Of a stretch of DNA of 64,000 bases, positions 39,592 to 47,791 are shown piece by piece. The stretch is taken from positions 2,843-66,842 of IMG/VR virus record IMGVR_UViG_3300046492_000366; one strand, given 5' to 3'. Position numbers and translations under genes: made by a program. The notes beneath the pieces were generated by a model. That model saw only the letters and a program-made list of their open reading frames with translations. It did not search any database and was not told where the DNA came from. This DNA comes from a virus. Positions within the stretch are counted from its first letter, which is position 1; each line of letters starts with the position of its first letter.

Positions 39592-40470
39592 ATGTATTCA
39601 AACAAGCTTTATTCTCCTCTACGGTACCCCGGCGGAAAGGCTCGATTTGCGCCTTTCATCGCCGAGGTTATGCGGGCTAATGGCTTGGCGGACGGACACT
39701 ATTTCGAACCGTTTGCTGGCGGAGCCGGAGTCGCCCTTGAGCTTCTTTTCGACGGACATGCTTCGCATATTCATGTAAATGATCTTGACCCAGCCGTATT
39801 TGCTTTCTGGTCAGCCGCAATTACCGATCCGGATGGATTACTAAAGCTGCTCAGGGACACACCAATCACTATGGAGCAATGGCATCACTGGCGCTCCGTG
39901 ATGCTTGCCCAGGACCCTGGTCTCTCCCTTGCCGAGAGGGGTTTTGCTACGCTTTTTGTGAACCGTACAAACCGATCCGGTATTCTCAAGGGCGGAGTCA
40001 TCGGGGGAAAGGCGCAGACTGGCGCCTACAAACTCGATGCCCGATTCAGCAAGGAGATGATTGCAGCCAGGCTTGAACGAATCGCGCTGAATTCAGAACG
40101 GATTTCGGTTTATTGTGAGGACGCCTTTCTTTTGCTCAGTCGCGCAGCAGAGTTTCTGCCAGAGCAAGCACTGATTTACCTTGACCCGCCGTACTACGTT
40201 AAAGGGCGCGGCCTGTACCGAAACTTCTATAAGCACGATGATCATTTGCAAATTGCTGAATTGCTGCAATCGACCAGCTTTGAAAGGCCGTGGGTAGTCT
40301 CTTACGATAGCGCACCAGAAATTTGCGAGATGTACAGCCAGAACGAGGCTCTAACTTATGGACTGCACTATACCGCCCAGGCACGATATGTGGGCGATGA
40401 GGTAATGTTCTTCAAAGAAGGCATTTCTGTGCCTGATGCGAAAATTCCAAGAGCTACTGTGGCAGCATGA
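39592..40470 (+). CDS. Dam-family (D12 class) DNA adenine methyltransferase
   Basis: SPLRYPGGK, EPFAGGA, NDLD, IYLDPPYY. Confidence 0.93.
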   Translation: MYSNKLYSPLRYPGGKARFAPFIAEVMRANGLADGHYFEPFAGGAGVALELLFDGHASHIHVNDLDPAVFAFWSAAITDPDGLLKLLRDTPITMEQWHHWRSVMLAQDPGLSLAERGFATLFVNRTNRSGILKGGVIGGKAQTGAYKLDARFSKEMIAARLERIALNSERISVYCEDAFLLLSRAAEFLPEQALIYLDPPYYVKGRGLYRNFYKHDDHLQIAELLQSTSFERPWVVSYDSAPEICEMYSQNEALTYGLHYTAQARYVGDEVMFFKEGISVPDAKIPRATVAA

Positions 40471-40526
40471 CTCCAAGCCCGGTTTATCGCCGGGCTTCTT
40501 GTTGCTGCCCCCCCGATCTGATCCGT

Positions 40527-40551
40527 AGCCCGCCGTTGAGCGGGCTTTTTT
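40527..40551 (+). terminator. Terminator ending the cI-ATPase-MTase unit
   Basis: AGCCCGC..GCGGGCT plus T-run; a second hairpin AAGCCCGG..CCGGGCTT lies just upstream. Confidence 0.8.
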
Positions 40552-40558
40552 GTGCCTC

Positions 40559-40870
40559 TCAGAAAGGCGCCATTCCCATTTCTACCTCTTCCTCGTTCTC
40601 GGTAGGATGCTCATCGCCACCTGAAAGCTCCCACCTTATCGTCACCGACTCATCGTCATTGAAAGTCATCTCGATGGCGTCAGTTTCAGAAATTAACCCC
40701 ATCACCTCCTCCCACTCCCTCTCCCCATCCGTGTCCAGCCGATGGATCGTCACCCATCGCTGAATCTGCGCGACCGGGTGATTGACCATCGAAGACACCC
40801 TGAGCGATAGCCGCTCAAGACCTGACATAGCGCCTCTCTCAGGTTGATTTTGTTTTGTTGCCATCGCCAT
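40559..40870 (-). CDS. DUF1654-like protein
   Basis: ERLSLRVSSMVNHPVAQ..WVTIHRLDTD. Confidence 0.75.
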   Translation of the reverse strand: MAMATKQNQPERGAMSGLERLSLRVSSMVNHPVAQIQRWVTIHRLDTDGEREWEEVMGLISETDAIEMTFNDDESVTIRWELSGGDEHPTENEEEVEMGMAPF

Positions 40871-40888
40871 CTACTTCGCTCCCGATAG

Positions 40889-40904
40889 CTGTACGTCCAT
40901 ACAG
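40889..40904. promoter_or_regulatory. LexA (SOS) box
   Basis: CTGTACGTCCATACAG matches CTGT-N8-ACAG, just upstream of the DUF1654-like gene. Confidence 0.75.
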
Positions 40905-40942
40905 TTAAAACCAAAGGATAACCAACTCCTCTGACAAATAAA

Positions 40943-40984
40943 TTAACCGCCGGTATTGACCAAGAAGAAACCGCCGGTTAACTT
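40943..40984 (+). promoter_or_regulatory. OL operators and pL promoter
   Basis: TTAACCGCCGGTATT 40943, GAAACCGCCGGTTAA 40967; TTGACC-17-TAACTT. Confidence 0.82.
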
Positions 40985-41035
40985 ACAGCCATCGCAGCGA
41001 CGCACACCCACTGCGAAGGGCCTCAAGAGACCCGC

Positions 41036-41047
41036 CGCTCTTTCACA
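41036..41047 (+). promoter_or_regulatory. boxA-like antitermination element
   Basis: CGCTCTTTCACA versus consensus CGCTCTTTAACA. Confidence 0.65.
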
Positions 41048-41405
41048 ATTTGGAATCTTCGCGGATCGATCCCCGGAAACGGGCATAGCGCGAAACACAA
41101 ACTTCGATCTCCATGCAGGCTCTGGAACCTGCCGGACTCCCCATATGGGAGGACGCCAAACCATGCAAGCCAGCCGGCGAATAACACCGAGCACGAAATG
41201 TGTGACGCCGGCCAGGTGGGGAAACCGCGGCGCCAAGCATGGAATGGAAAACAGACTTCACTGGCTGGCCTTGGCGACAGGGCCAGACGGGAAATCACCT
41301 GAGACCGATAGCGCTTCCCGAAACGCTCAGCTAGAAAAATTGAATTAGCCAGTTGCCCGCTCGGTCAAGAATTATGAACGCAGTAAATCTGACGAGGTGA
41401 CAGCA

Positions 41406-41540
41406 ATGACTATCCAAGCAGAGACACTCGTACAACTGACCGAAGCGCTCCAAGAGCGAGGCATGAATCTGGTTTCAGATGTGCACTTCACTCGCGCTCC
41501 ATACCGATACAACCATCGCTGGATCTGCATCGTAGAGTAA
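41406..41540 (+). CDS. Small hypothetical protein (44 aa; not in ORF track)
   Basis: SD GAGGTG; MTIQAETLVQLTEALQERG...WICIVE. Confidence 0.55.
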   Translation: MTIQAETLVQLTEALQERGMNLVSDVHFTRAPYRYNHRWICIVE

Positions 41541-41729
41541 CCATGCTCATTGCCGGCGGCTCGGACTAAGACTCCACCGCCGGCCCCACTGCCCCGCTAC
41601 TCCGTTTTCCCTTCCTTATCCTCCGACACCACCCGAATGCACTCACCTCCGCGCCCAACGGCAACCAGCGGAGCGGATGAGTGCACCCGAGTTTTGTTGG
41701 ATCAACACCTCGCCACTCTGGAGACGACC

Positions 41730-42134
41730 ATGTCAGCTCTACGCAAGCCCATCCCGGAAGACGACTTTCTCGACACGGAGGCAGGTCAGGAATGGTTGAC
41801 CGAGTCGGTCGACGATCTGCTTTATCGGCGCCACGTGGAAGCGCCAAATCCGGTGGGCCGAAGCAAGGTCCTAGTCAACGCTGACCACTTGCCGGAAGCG
41901 CTGGCGGATCACATGGCCGCGAACCCAGATCCTGATCGGTATATCGAGAAGATTTTGATCGAGCTGATCTGTCGCGGGGATGGCGGCGTACTGCACAAGT
42001 GGGCCATCGAAGCCGTCGGCGGTGATCCGCAGATCGTTCGGTCGCTCGCCAACGACCTGGTCGCGGTGCACGCCAACGAATACCGAGACGCCAAGCGCGA
42101 AAGCGATCGCGTAGAGCGGGAGTGTGGGTTTTGA
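41730..42134 (+). CDS. Hypothetical early protein
   Basis: SD GGAG; start of a coupled operon. Confidence 0.75.
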   Translation: MSALRKPIPEDDFLDTEAGQEWLTESVDDLLYRRHVEAPNPVGRSKVLVNADHLPEALADHMAANPDPDRYIEKILIELICRGDGGVLHKWAIEAVGGDPQIVRSLANDLVAVHANEYRDAKRESDRVERECGF

Positions 42135-42322
42135 GCCCTCACATCCTGATCGACCAAGCCCTTGATGGTGTGTCGGTGCCCGCCGGCGAAGAAGACATCA
42201 GCTTGCTGGTACAGGGACTGATCACCCGCCTCTTCACTGACGGCGCGATCACCACTGACGAGTTCAACCACTACTGCAAACGCCTGCGTGACACCTGTCA
42301 GCGGCGCAAGGAGGACGCATGA
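42131..42322 (+). CDS. Hypothetical early protein
   Basis: TTGA overlap coupling. Confidence 0.65.
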   Translation: MSPHILIDQALDGVSVPAGEEDISLLVQGLITRLFTDGAITTDEFNHYCKRLRDTCQRRKEDA

Positions 42323-42513
42323 GTACGGCACCGGTTAAATCGATCATCGACGAGCAGCTCGATGACATCGAACACAAGATCGCCCTGCTCGGCTTTGGCC
42401 TTCCCTTCAACGAGGTGATCGGCCGCAAGCGCGAGGATCTGGTCGCCAATCTGCCGCAGCGCCTGGCACCTTCCATGAAGGGCAAGCGGATTGCAGTGAG
42501 AGTTCGGCCGTGA
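42319..42513 (+). CDS. Hypothetical early protein
   Basis: SD AGGAGG; ATGA overlap. Confidence 0.7.
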   Translation: MSTAPVKSIIDEQLDDIEHKIALLGFGLPFNEVIGRKREDLVANLPQRLAPSMKGKRIAVRVRP

Positions 42514-42626
42514 CCGCTCGCCAATGGGCGCGCCGCCTGATCATCTGGCGTGGCGCGTTCTCCTCCCTCGGCGTTTTCACCTTCCTGATGCTGCTCAGCG
42601 CACTCGCCGACCGCATCACTCAATAA
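42510..42626 (+). CDS. Small membrane peptide (38 aa)
   Basis: GTGA overlap; hydrophobic FSSLGVFTFLMLLSAL. Confidence 0.55.
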   Translation: MTARQWARRLIIWRGAFSSLGVFTFLMLLSALADRITQ

Positions 42627-42669
42627 ACTAATCTTTCAAAGCTGCGCACATGCGCGGCGGGAGATCGTC

Positions 42670-43419
42670 ATGCCTGCACTAAACCTCGCCCTCTGGGAAG
42701 AGGTCGAAAAGACCGATCCCAAGTTCACCAAGGAGTACACCGGTCTCGGCGGCTTCACGGGTACTGCAGTGAATGCCCAGTATCTGGCTAAACGCGCTAC
42801 TGAGCAGTTCGGCCCATGCGGTACCGGCTGGGGTTACGACGTCATCGAGGAACGCTTCGATATCGGCGGCCCACTTTTGAACAAAGAAGGTTCGGTGCTG
42901 GCACATGCCCAGGTGCACACCCTCAAGGTCGCGCTTTGGTACTTGGGCGGCGACGGTGAGCGCAAGACAATTACGCACTACGGGCACACACCTTTCATCA
43001 CTCAGAACAAATTCGGGAGCATCAGCACTGACTTCGATGCCCCAAAGAAATCCCTCACTGATGCGATCGGCAAGTGCCTGAGCCAGCTCGGCTTCTCCGC
43101 CGACGTTCGCCTGGGTCTTTACGACGACATTCACTACGTCAACGAGCGCTTGGGTGAAGCCGAAATCGAGCGCGCTGAGGACAAGATCGAAGCGAAGGAG
43201 CGTCTGGCAGCTGAATACCGCGAATGGCTGGCTGAAACACTCCACTTGATCGGTACCGCGCAATCACTCAACGAGTTGGAGCAGCTCTACAAATCGGCGA
43301 TGCGCAAAATGGCACTGCGCCAGAACGATCCAGAACGCGAAGCCCACAAACTCAAATTCACCCGCGCCAAGGACGCCCGCAAAGCGGACCTTGAGGACGC
43401 TATTGAGGGTGCAGCATGA
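42670..43419 (+). CDS. Single-strand annealing recombinase (Rad52/Sak-like)
   Basis: FGPCGTGWG, APKKSLTDAIGKCLSQLGFSADV..GLYDD. Confidence 0.75.
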   Translation: MPALNLALWEEVEKTDPKFTKEYTGLGGFTGTAVNAQYLAKRATEQFGPCGTGWGYDVIEERFDIGGPLLNKEGSVLAHAQVHTLKVALWYLGGDGERKTITHYGHTPFITQNKFGSISTDFDAPKKSLTDAIGKCLSQLGFSADVRLGLYDDIHYVNERLGEAEIERAEDKIEAKERLAAEYREWLAETLHLIGTAQSLNELEQLYKSAMRKMALRQNDPEREAHKLKFTRAKDARKADLEDAIEGAA

Positions 43420-43979
43420 CTGATCTCTACAAGCTGAATCGGCAGATGGTCGAACTCGCGGCACTGGCTGACACTGACGACGAAGGGCTGCGCCAAGCCA
43501 TCCAAGACACCATGGACGGCATAAAAGGTGAGTTCGATGTAAAAGCCGACAGCGTCGTCATGCTGCGCCGGAACATCGAAGGTGATATTGACGCAATCGA
43601 CAAGGAAGTCGACCGCCTCAACGAACTCAAACGCATCAAGAAAAACACCGTGGGCCAGCTCAGCGATTACCTGCGCCGGAATATGGAGGCCGCAGACATC
43701 AAGTCGATCAAGCGACCACTGTTCACTATCACACTGGCGCTCTCGCCCGAGAAGGTCATCGTCGACAACGAGCAAGCAGTGCCTGACGAGTTCGTCACGT
43801 TGAAGAGCGTGATCACTCCAGACAAGAAAACTATAGCCGTGAAGCTCAAGGAGATCCGCGAGCATAACGATGCGGTGCGCAAACGCATCGATGCAGGCGA
43901 AGACGCGGAGCATGAACTGCTGCCGGAACCGGCCTGGGCTCACCTCGAACGCGGCGAAAGCTCGATCCGGATCAAGTGA
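43416..43979 (+). CDS. Siphovirus Gp157-family protein
   Basis: Coiled coil, PDKKTI, AHLERGESSIRIK. Confidence 0.85.
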   Translation: MTDLYKLNRQMVELAALADTDDEGLRQAIQDTMDGIKGEFDVKADSVVMLRRNIEGDIDAIDKEVDRLNELKRIKKNTVGQLSDYLRRNMEAADIKSIKRPLFTITLALSPEKVIVDNEQAVPDEFVTLKSVITPDKKTIAVKLKEIREHNDAVRKRIDAGEDAEHELLPEPAWAHLERGESSIRIK

Positions 43980-43986
43980 GGACAGC

Positions 43987-44229
43987 ATGATTAGCAATCA
44001 CCGCAACCTCGTCGAGCAACACCGGCCGCACGCCGAGGCGATATCGGACAAGATCGCGCAGTACCTGGCCGCTGGCGGGCGGATCGACCAACTGAAAAGT
44101 CCGCCGCGCAATCCTCTGCCGCCGCCCCGCTCTAAAAAAATAGACCCTGAAACGGTACTGAAACGGCGCCCGAAGCCGATATCGGCAGCCGACCGTAAGG
44201 CTCTGCGCAAAATGGCGGACTCGCTATGA
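43987..44229 (+). CDS. Hypothetical protein
   Basis: SD GAGGA; YLAAGGRI. Confidence 0.7.
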   Translation: MISNHRNLVEQHRPHAEAISDKIAQYLAAGGRIDQLKSPPRNPLPPPRSKKIDPETVLKRRPKPISAADRKALRKMADSL

Positions 44230-44690
44230 AGTCGAAACGCAAGCCCAACAACGGTTTCGCCCGGGCTGAACGCAGCTGTCGGGCCCTGCTGCGCACCAAC
44301 CACGTCGCGGTGGTGAACATCGATCCCAGCGGCAGCCAGATCATGGCGAACTGGAAGAGCTGCCGGCAGATCCGCAGTCTGGCGATCGCCAACGCAATCT
44401 TCGATTTCTCCTACCGCTGGACGATCTACATCGGCGCCATGTGTCGCGACGAGCGCGGCGCCGAGTACATCAAGTCGGTGGAGATATCGCCGGAGGGCAT
44501 CTACAAGGTCGAGCGTCTGACCGATGCGATCGAGCATTACTACCTGGAGCTGCGCAAAAGCGCGAACCCGGCCCATTTGATCGCATCAGGCTGGATCGCC
44601 ATCCCCGACGAAATTTCGATGGACGAAGCCGAAGCCGCGAAGCTGTTCTACGCCGCCGGCGCCTGGCATCAGGTGAAGGTAGCTGCGTGA
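44226..44690 (+). CDS. Hypothetical protein
   Basis: ATGA-coupled ORF. Confidence 0.75.
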   Translation: MKSKRKPNNGFARAERSCRALLRTNHVAVVNIDPSGSQIMANWKSCRQIRSLAIANAIFDFSYRWTIYIGAMCRDERGAEYIKSVEISPEGIYKVERLTDAIEHYYLELRKSANPAHLIASGWIAIPDEISMDEAEAAKLFYAAGAWHQVKVAA

Positions 44691-44765
44691 GACGTTCTAG
44701 ACCCCAACAGCGCAAGCGACAGACCTGGCTGGACTTACCGGCCAGCGGAATTGAAGAGGTAGGCC

Positions 44766-45068
44766 ATGGCCAAGAGCAACGCGCAATTGCAGAAGGACAA
44801 GCGAGCCAAGGAGAAGGCGCTGCTCGATCGGATCGGCGCCGAGAAGCGATCGCTGATTGTTTCGAAAGCGCTCGATGATGCGCTTCAGGTGCTGGGCGAG
44901 CGCCACGGCTTCGAGGAATGGCAGGAGACGGTGTCGACCTTCCTAATCAACCTTGCAACCGCGCCGGCCGAAGAATCCGCACGCTTCGTCACCATGTCGC
45001 GACCTGAATTCGTAATCACCGAAAATCAGTCGCGACAGATTGAAGAGTTCGCTAAGACTGGCGTTTAA
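44766..45068 (+). CDS. Hypothetical protein (possible DNA-binding regulator)
   Basis: SD GAGGT; basic N-terminal helix. Confidence 0.7.
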   Translation: MAKSNAQLQKDKRAKEKALLDRIGAEKRSLIVSKALDDALQVLGERHGFEEWQETVSTFLINLATAPAEESARFVTMSRPEFVITENQSRQIEEFAKTGV

Positions 45069-45094
45069 CGCTGAAATAGGATGTTCTGTTGAGC

Positions 45095-45400
45095 TTATTT
45101 GCTTTTACCAAAGGCATATCCAAGAGCCAAAGTTATGATCGGAATAAATATCGACCAAACCGACTTAATATTTTCCAAATAGTTGAAATTTTTCTCTGCA
45201 ACCACAAGTGCGAAAAATAGCAAACTTAGAACCGAAGCGATAAAAAAGCTCCAGGTGATAGTCATCCAAACGATTGAGTTCTTCGCGTTCTCGCCAGTAC
45301 CAATAGTCTCGGTAATACGACCACTTGAATTACTCCGAGGCTGGGGAGCCTTGTGGCCAATAGGCCCTGATGAAGTTTGATTATTTAATGGCTCAGTCAT
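45095..45400 (-). CDS. Small membrane protein, moron
   Basis: Two TM segments, ITLALGYAFGK; AT-rich. Confidence 0.75.
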   Translation of the reverse strand: MTEPLNNQTSSGPIGHKAPQPRSNSSGRITETIGTGENAKNSIVWMTITWSFFIASVLSLLFFALVVAEKNFNYLENIKSVWSIFIPIITLALGYAFGKSK

Positions 45401-45737
45401 TTATCTTCGGCCCCAGCAAAAACGTATAGCGGAACTCTCTCAGCATCTGTTCTGAATTTATCGTATTTACCCAAAACGTCATTTGGACATCGCGCCCATT
45501 CGAGCTAGCGATGGCTACCGGCTCAATACGCCCGTCGCCTATAGTCGCAAAATTAAATAACGACATAACTACAGAATTACCCACTACGGCAGTCGAGTAT
45601 CTAACTCCAGCGCCATCCTGAATAAATGATATTTCTACAGGCATTCCATCAAAGACAATTGTCAGCTTACTGCCAACCACATGCACAAGTCCTGAAGCAA
45701 CGACTTCATAACCATTTACAAAAGATTTAACGTCCAA
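45393..45737 (-). CDS. Hypothetical beta-rich protein, moron (TTG start uncertain)
   Basis: Overlaps the downstream membrane gene; AT-rich. Confidence 0.7.
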   Translation of the reverse strand: MDVKSFVNGYEVVASGLVHVVGSKLTIVFDGMPVEISFIQDGAGVRYSTAVVGNSVVMSLFNFATIGDGRIEPVAIASSNGRDVQMTFWVNTINSEQMLREFRYTFLLGPKIND

Positions 45738-45801
45738 ATTATAGCGCTCCGTAGCGAACCAAAAGTAACTCTATCGTAATTGTAATCCTCAAGGTATCCC
45801 T

Positions 45802-47478
45802 ATGCCCATCACTTACGGAAGCGTGTGCAGCGGCATCGAAGCCGCGACACAGGCTTGGCACCCGCTGGGCATGCGCGCCGCTTGGTTCGCCGAGATCGAA
45901 GCGTTCCCCAGCGCGGTGCTGGCCCACCACTACCCGAACACGCCGAACCTCGGCGACATGACAAAACTCGGGGCCCAGGTGCTGGCCGGCAAGATCGCCG
46001 CACCGGACGTCCTCGTCGGCGGAACACCATGCCAAGCCTTCAGCGTGGCCGGGATGCGCGAAGGACTCACCGACCCGCGCGGCGCCCTCACCATCAAATA
46101 CGTGGAGCTCGCAGATGCAGTTGACTATGTTCGCGCCGGCCAGCGAAAGCCCGCCTGCGTTATCGTCTGGGAAAACGTCCCCGGTGTCCTCAGCGACAAA
46201 GGCAACGCCTTCGGATGCTTTCTTGGCGCGCTTGCTGGGGAAGACTGCGAACTGCAGCCTTCAGGGAAGAAATGGCCGGACGCTGGTTGTGTGTATGGAC
46301 CCAAAAGAACAATCGCGTGGAGGATCCTGGACGCCCAATATTTCGGCCTGGCCCAACGACGCCGCCGTGTGTTCGTTGTCGCAAGTGCTCGAGACGGATT
46401 CGATCCCTCCGAGGTACTTTTTGAGCGAGAAGGCGTGCGCCGGGATACTGCGCCGCGCCGAGGCGAGGGGCAAGACGTTACCGGATCAGCTCCTTTCGGC
46501 CCTGCGCTCCAGTGCGGATGCGGATACACCTTCGACGAGTCATTAGGGCAATACGGTTGCCCGAGCTGCGAAGGCGACGAAGGGCCGGCGGTTGGCGTGT
46601 TCTGCGGTGTGCCGGCGTTCGGCGGCCACAGCCTTGGCGGATCTGTCGAACGGTCAGCAACGCTCACCGCGAAGGACACCCGGCTCGACATGGAAAGCGA
46701 GACGTTCTTCGTGGCGCCAACCCTCGCCGGCGGCGCACGTAAGTCTGGGGGCTACTCGCTCGCCGATATCCCGAACACCGCGCCAGCACTGCGCGCTCAA
46801 GCACAGAGCAGTCACCGAGCTGACTCCGAAGCATTCATCGTGGCCGGCACACTCAATGCCAACGGCAAGGCGGCCGGCAGCGCAACTCAGCAAGACGCAG
46901 AATCCGGGCTGCTGGTTGTGCATGGCACGCAAGACCCGGATGTGCGCTTCGAGCGGGCCCATACCTTGGGCCGTAACAACGGGATGGAAAACGCCGTACT
47001 CGCCTTCTCCTGCAAGGATCACGGCGCAGACGTTGGCGATGTCGCGCCAACACTGCGCGCAATGAACCACTCCGGAAGCCATGCCAATGCCGGCGGCCAA
47101 GTCGCTGTGTGCATCACTGGCGATGTTACTCATACGCTGAAAGCCGACGGCTTCGACGGCAGCGAAGACGGTACCGGGCGAGGCCGGCCGATCGTCGCGG
47201 CGCTTTCTCCTACCCTCAGGTCCGGAAACATGCGCAACAACAGCAATCCAGTCACTGAGGCTGAAATGCTCGTTGGTGGCTCGAAGGTTCGACGCCTAAT
47301 CCCGCGTGAGTGCGAACGCCTTCAAGGAATGATCGACAACTACACGCTGATCCCATGGCGCGGCAAGCCCGCCAGCGAATGTCCTGACGGGCCGCGCTAC
47401 AAGGCGATCGGCAACAGCAAGGCCGTACCATGTGTTCGCTGGATCGGGCGGCGGATACTGCGGCAGATTCAGCCGTAA
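45802..47478 (+). CDS. DNA cytosine-5 methyltransferase
   Basis: SVCSGIE, GGTPCQAFS, WENVPG, QRRRRVF, ECERLQG, YKAIGNS. Confidence 0.95.
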   Translation: MPITYGSVCSGIEAATQAWHPLGMRAAWFAEIEAFPSAVLAHHYPNTPNLGDMTKLGAQVLAGKIAAPDVLVGGTPCQAFSVAGMREGLTDPRGALTIKYVELADAVDYVRAGQRKPACVIVWENVPGVLSDKGNAFGCFLGALAGEDCELQPSGKKWPDAGCVYGPKRTIAWRILDAQYFGLAQRRRRVFVVASARDGFDPSEVLFEREGVRRDTAPRRGEGQDVTGSAPFGPALQCGCGYTFDESLGQYGCPSCEGDEGPAVGVFCGVPAFGGHSLGGSVERSATLTAKDTRLDMESETFFVAPTLAGGARKSGGYSLADIPNTAPALRAQAQSSHRADSEAFIVAGTLNANGKAAGSATQQDAESGLLVVHGTQDPDVRFERAHTLGRNNGMENAVLAFSCKDHGADVGDVAPTLRAMNHSGSHANAGGQVAVCITGDVTHTLKADGFDGSEDGTGRGRPIVAALSPTLRSGNMRNNSNPVTEAEMLVGGSKVRRLIPRECERLQGMIDNYTLIPWRGKPASECPDGPRYKAIGNSKAVPCVRWIGRRILRQIQP

Positions 47479-47702
47479 ATGGCTGTTGATGTCGTGATTT
47501 TTGGAACTGGGTCAGTAACTCGATTCACAGCCAGCCACTGTCGTGTCTTCTGCACATCGAACTTCTGGCCTTTGTTTTTCATCGTCACGAACAAAGTGTC
47601 AGCAACGCGATAACGCCCACAGCCATCCGCGCAGTTTCTTTCGTGGAAGTCGCCAATAGGCTGAACAGTTTCGGCATCCGCACCGCAAATTAAGCAAGTC
47701 AT
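47469..47702 (-). CDS. Small Zn-ribbon protein, antisense moron
   Basis: SD AGGAGG; CLICG...CADGCGRY. Confidence 0.7.
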   Translation of the reverse strand: MTCLICGADAETVQPIGDFHERNCADGCGRYRVADTLFVTMKNKGQKFDVQKTRQWLAVNRVTDPVPKITTSTAIYG

Positions 47703-47791
47703 TTTGCATCCTCCTTGTGAATGACCATTCAACTGTAGCTGATCCCTCATCACTCTCCACCGCCCGGGCATGCCCCGGCATAGGACGCCCC

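Noticed and set aside
40956-41348. 130-aa ORF as an N-like antiterminator
   Set aside because: Starts at the -35 TTG inside the operators, has no SD, and overlaps a hairpin-rich leader
44687-44878. Arg-rich small ORF (RRSRPQQRKRQTW) as N protein
   Set aside because: Far from pL and overlaps the next gene extensively; insufficient evidence
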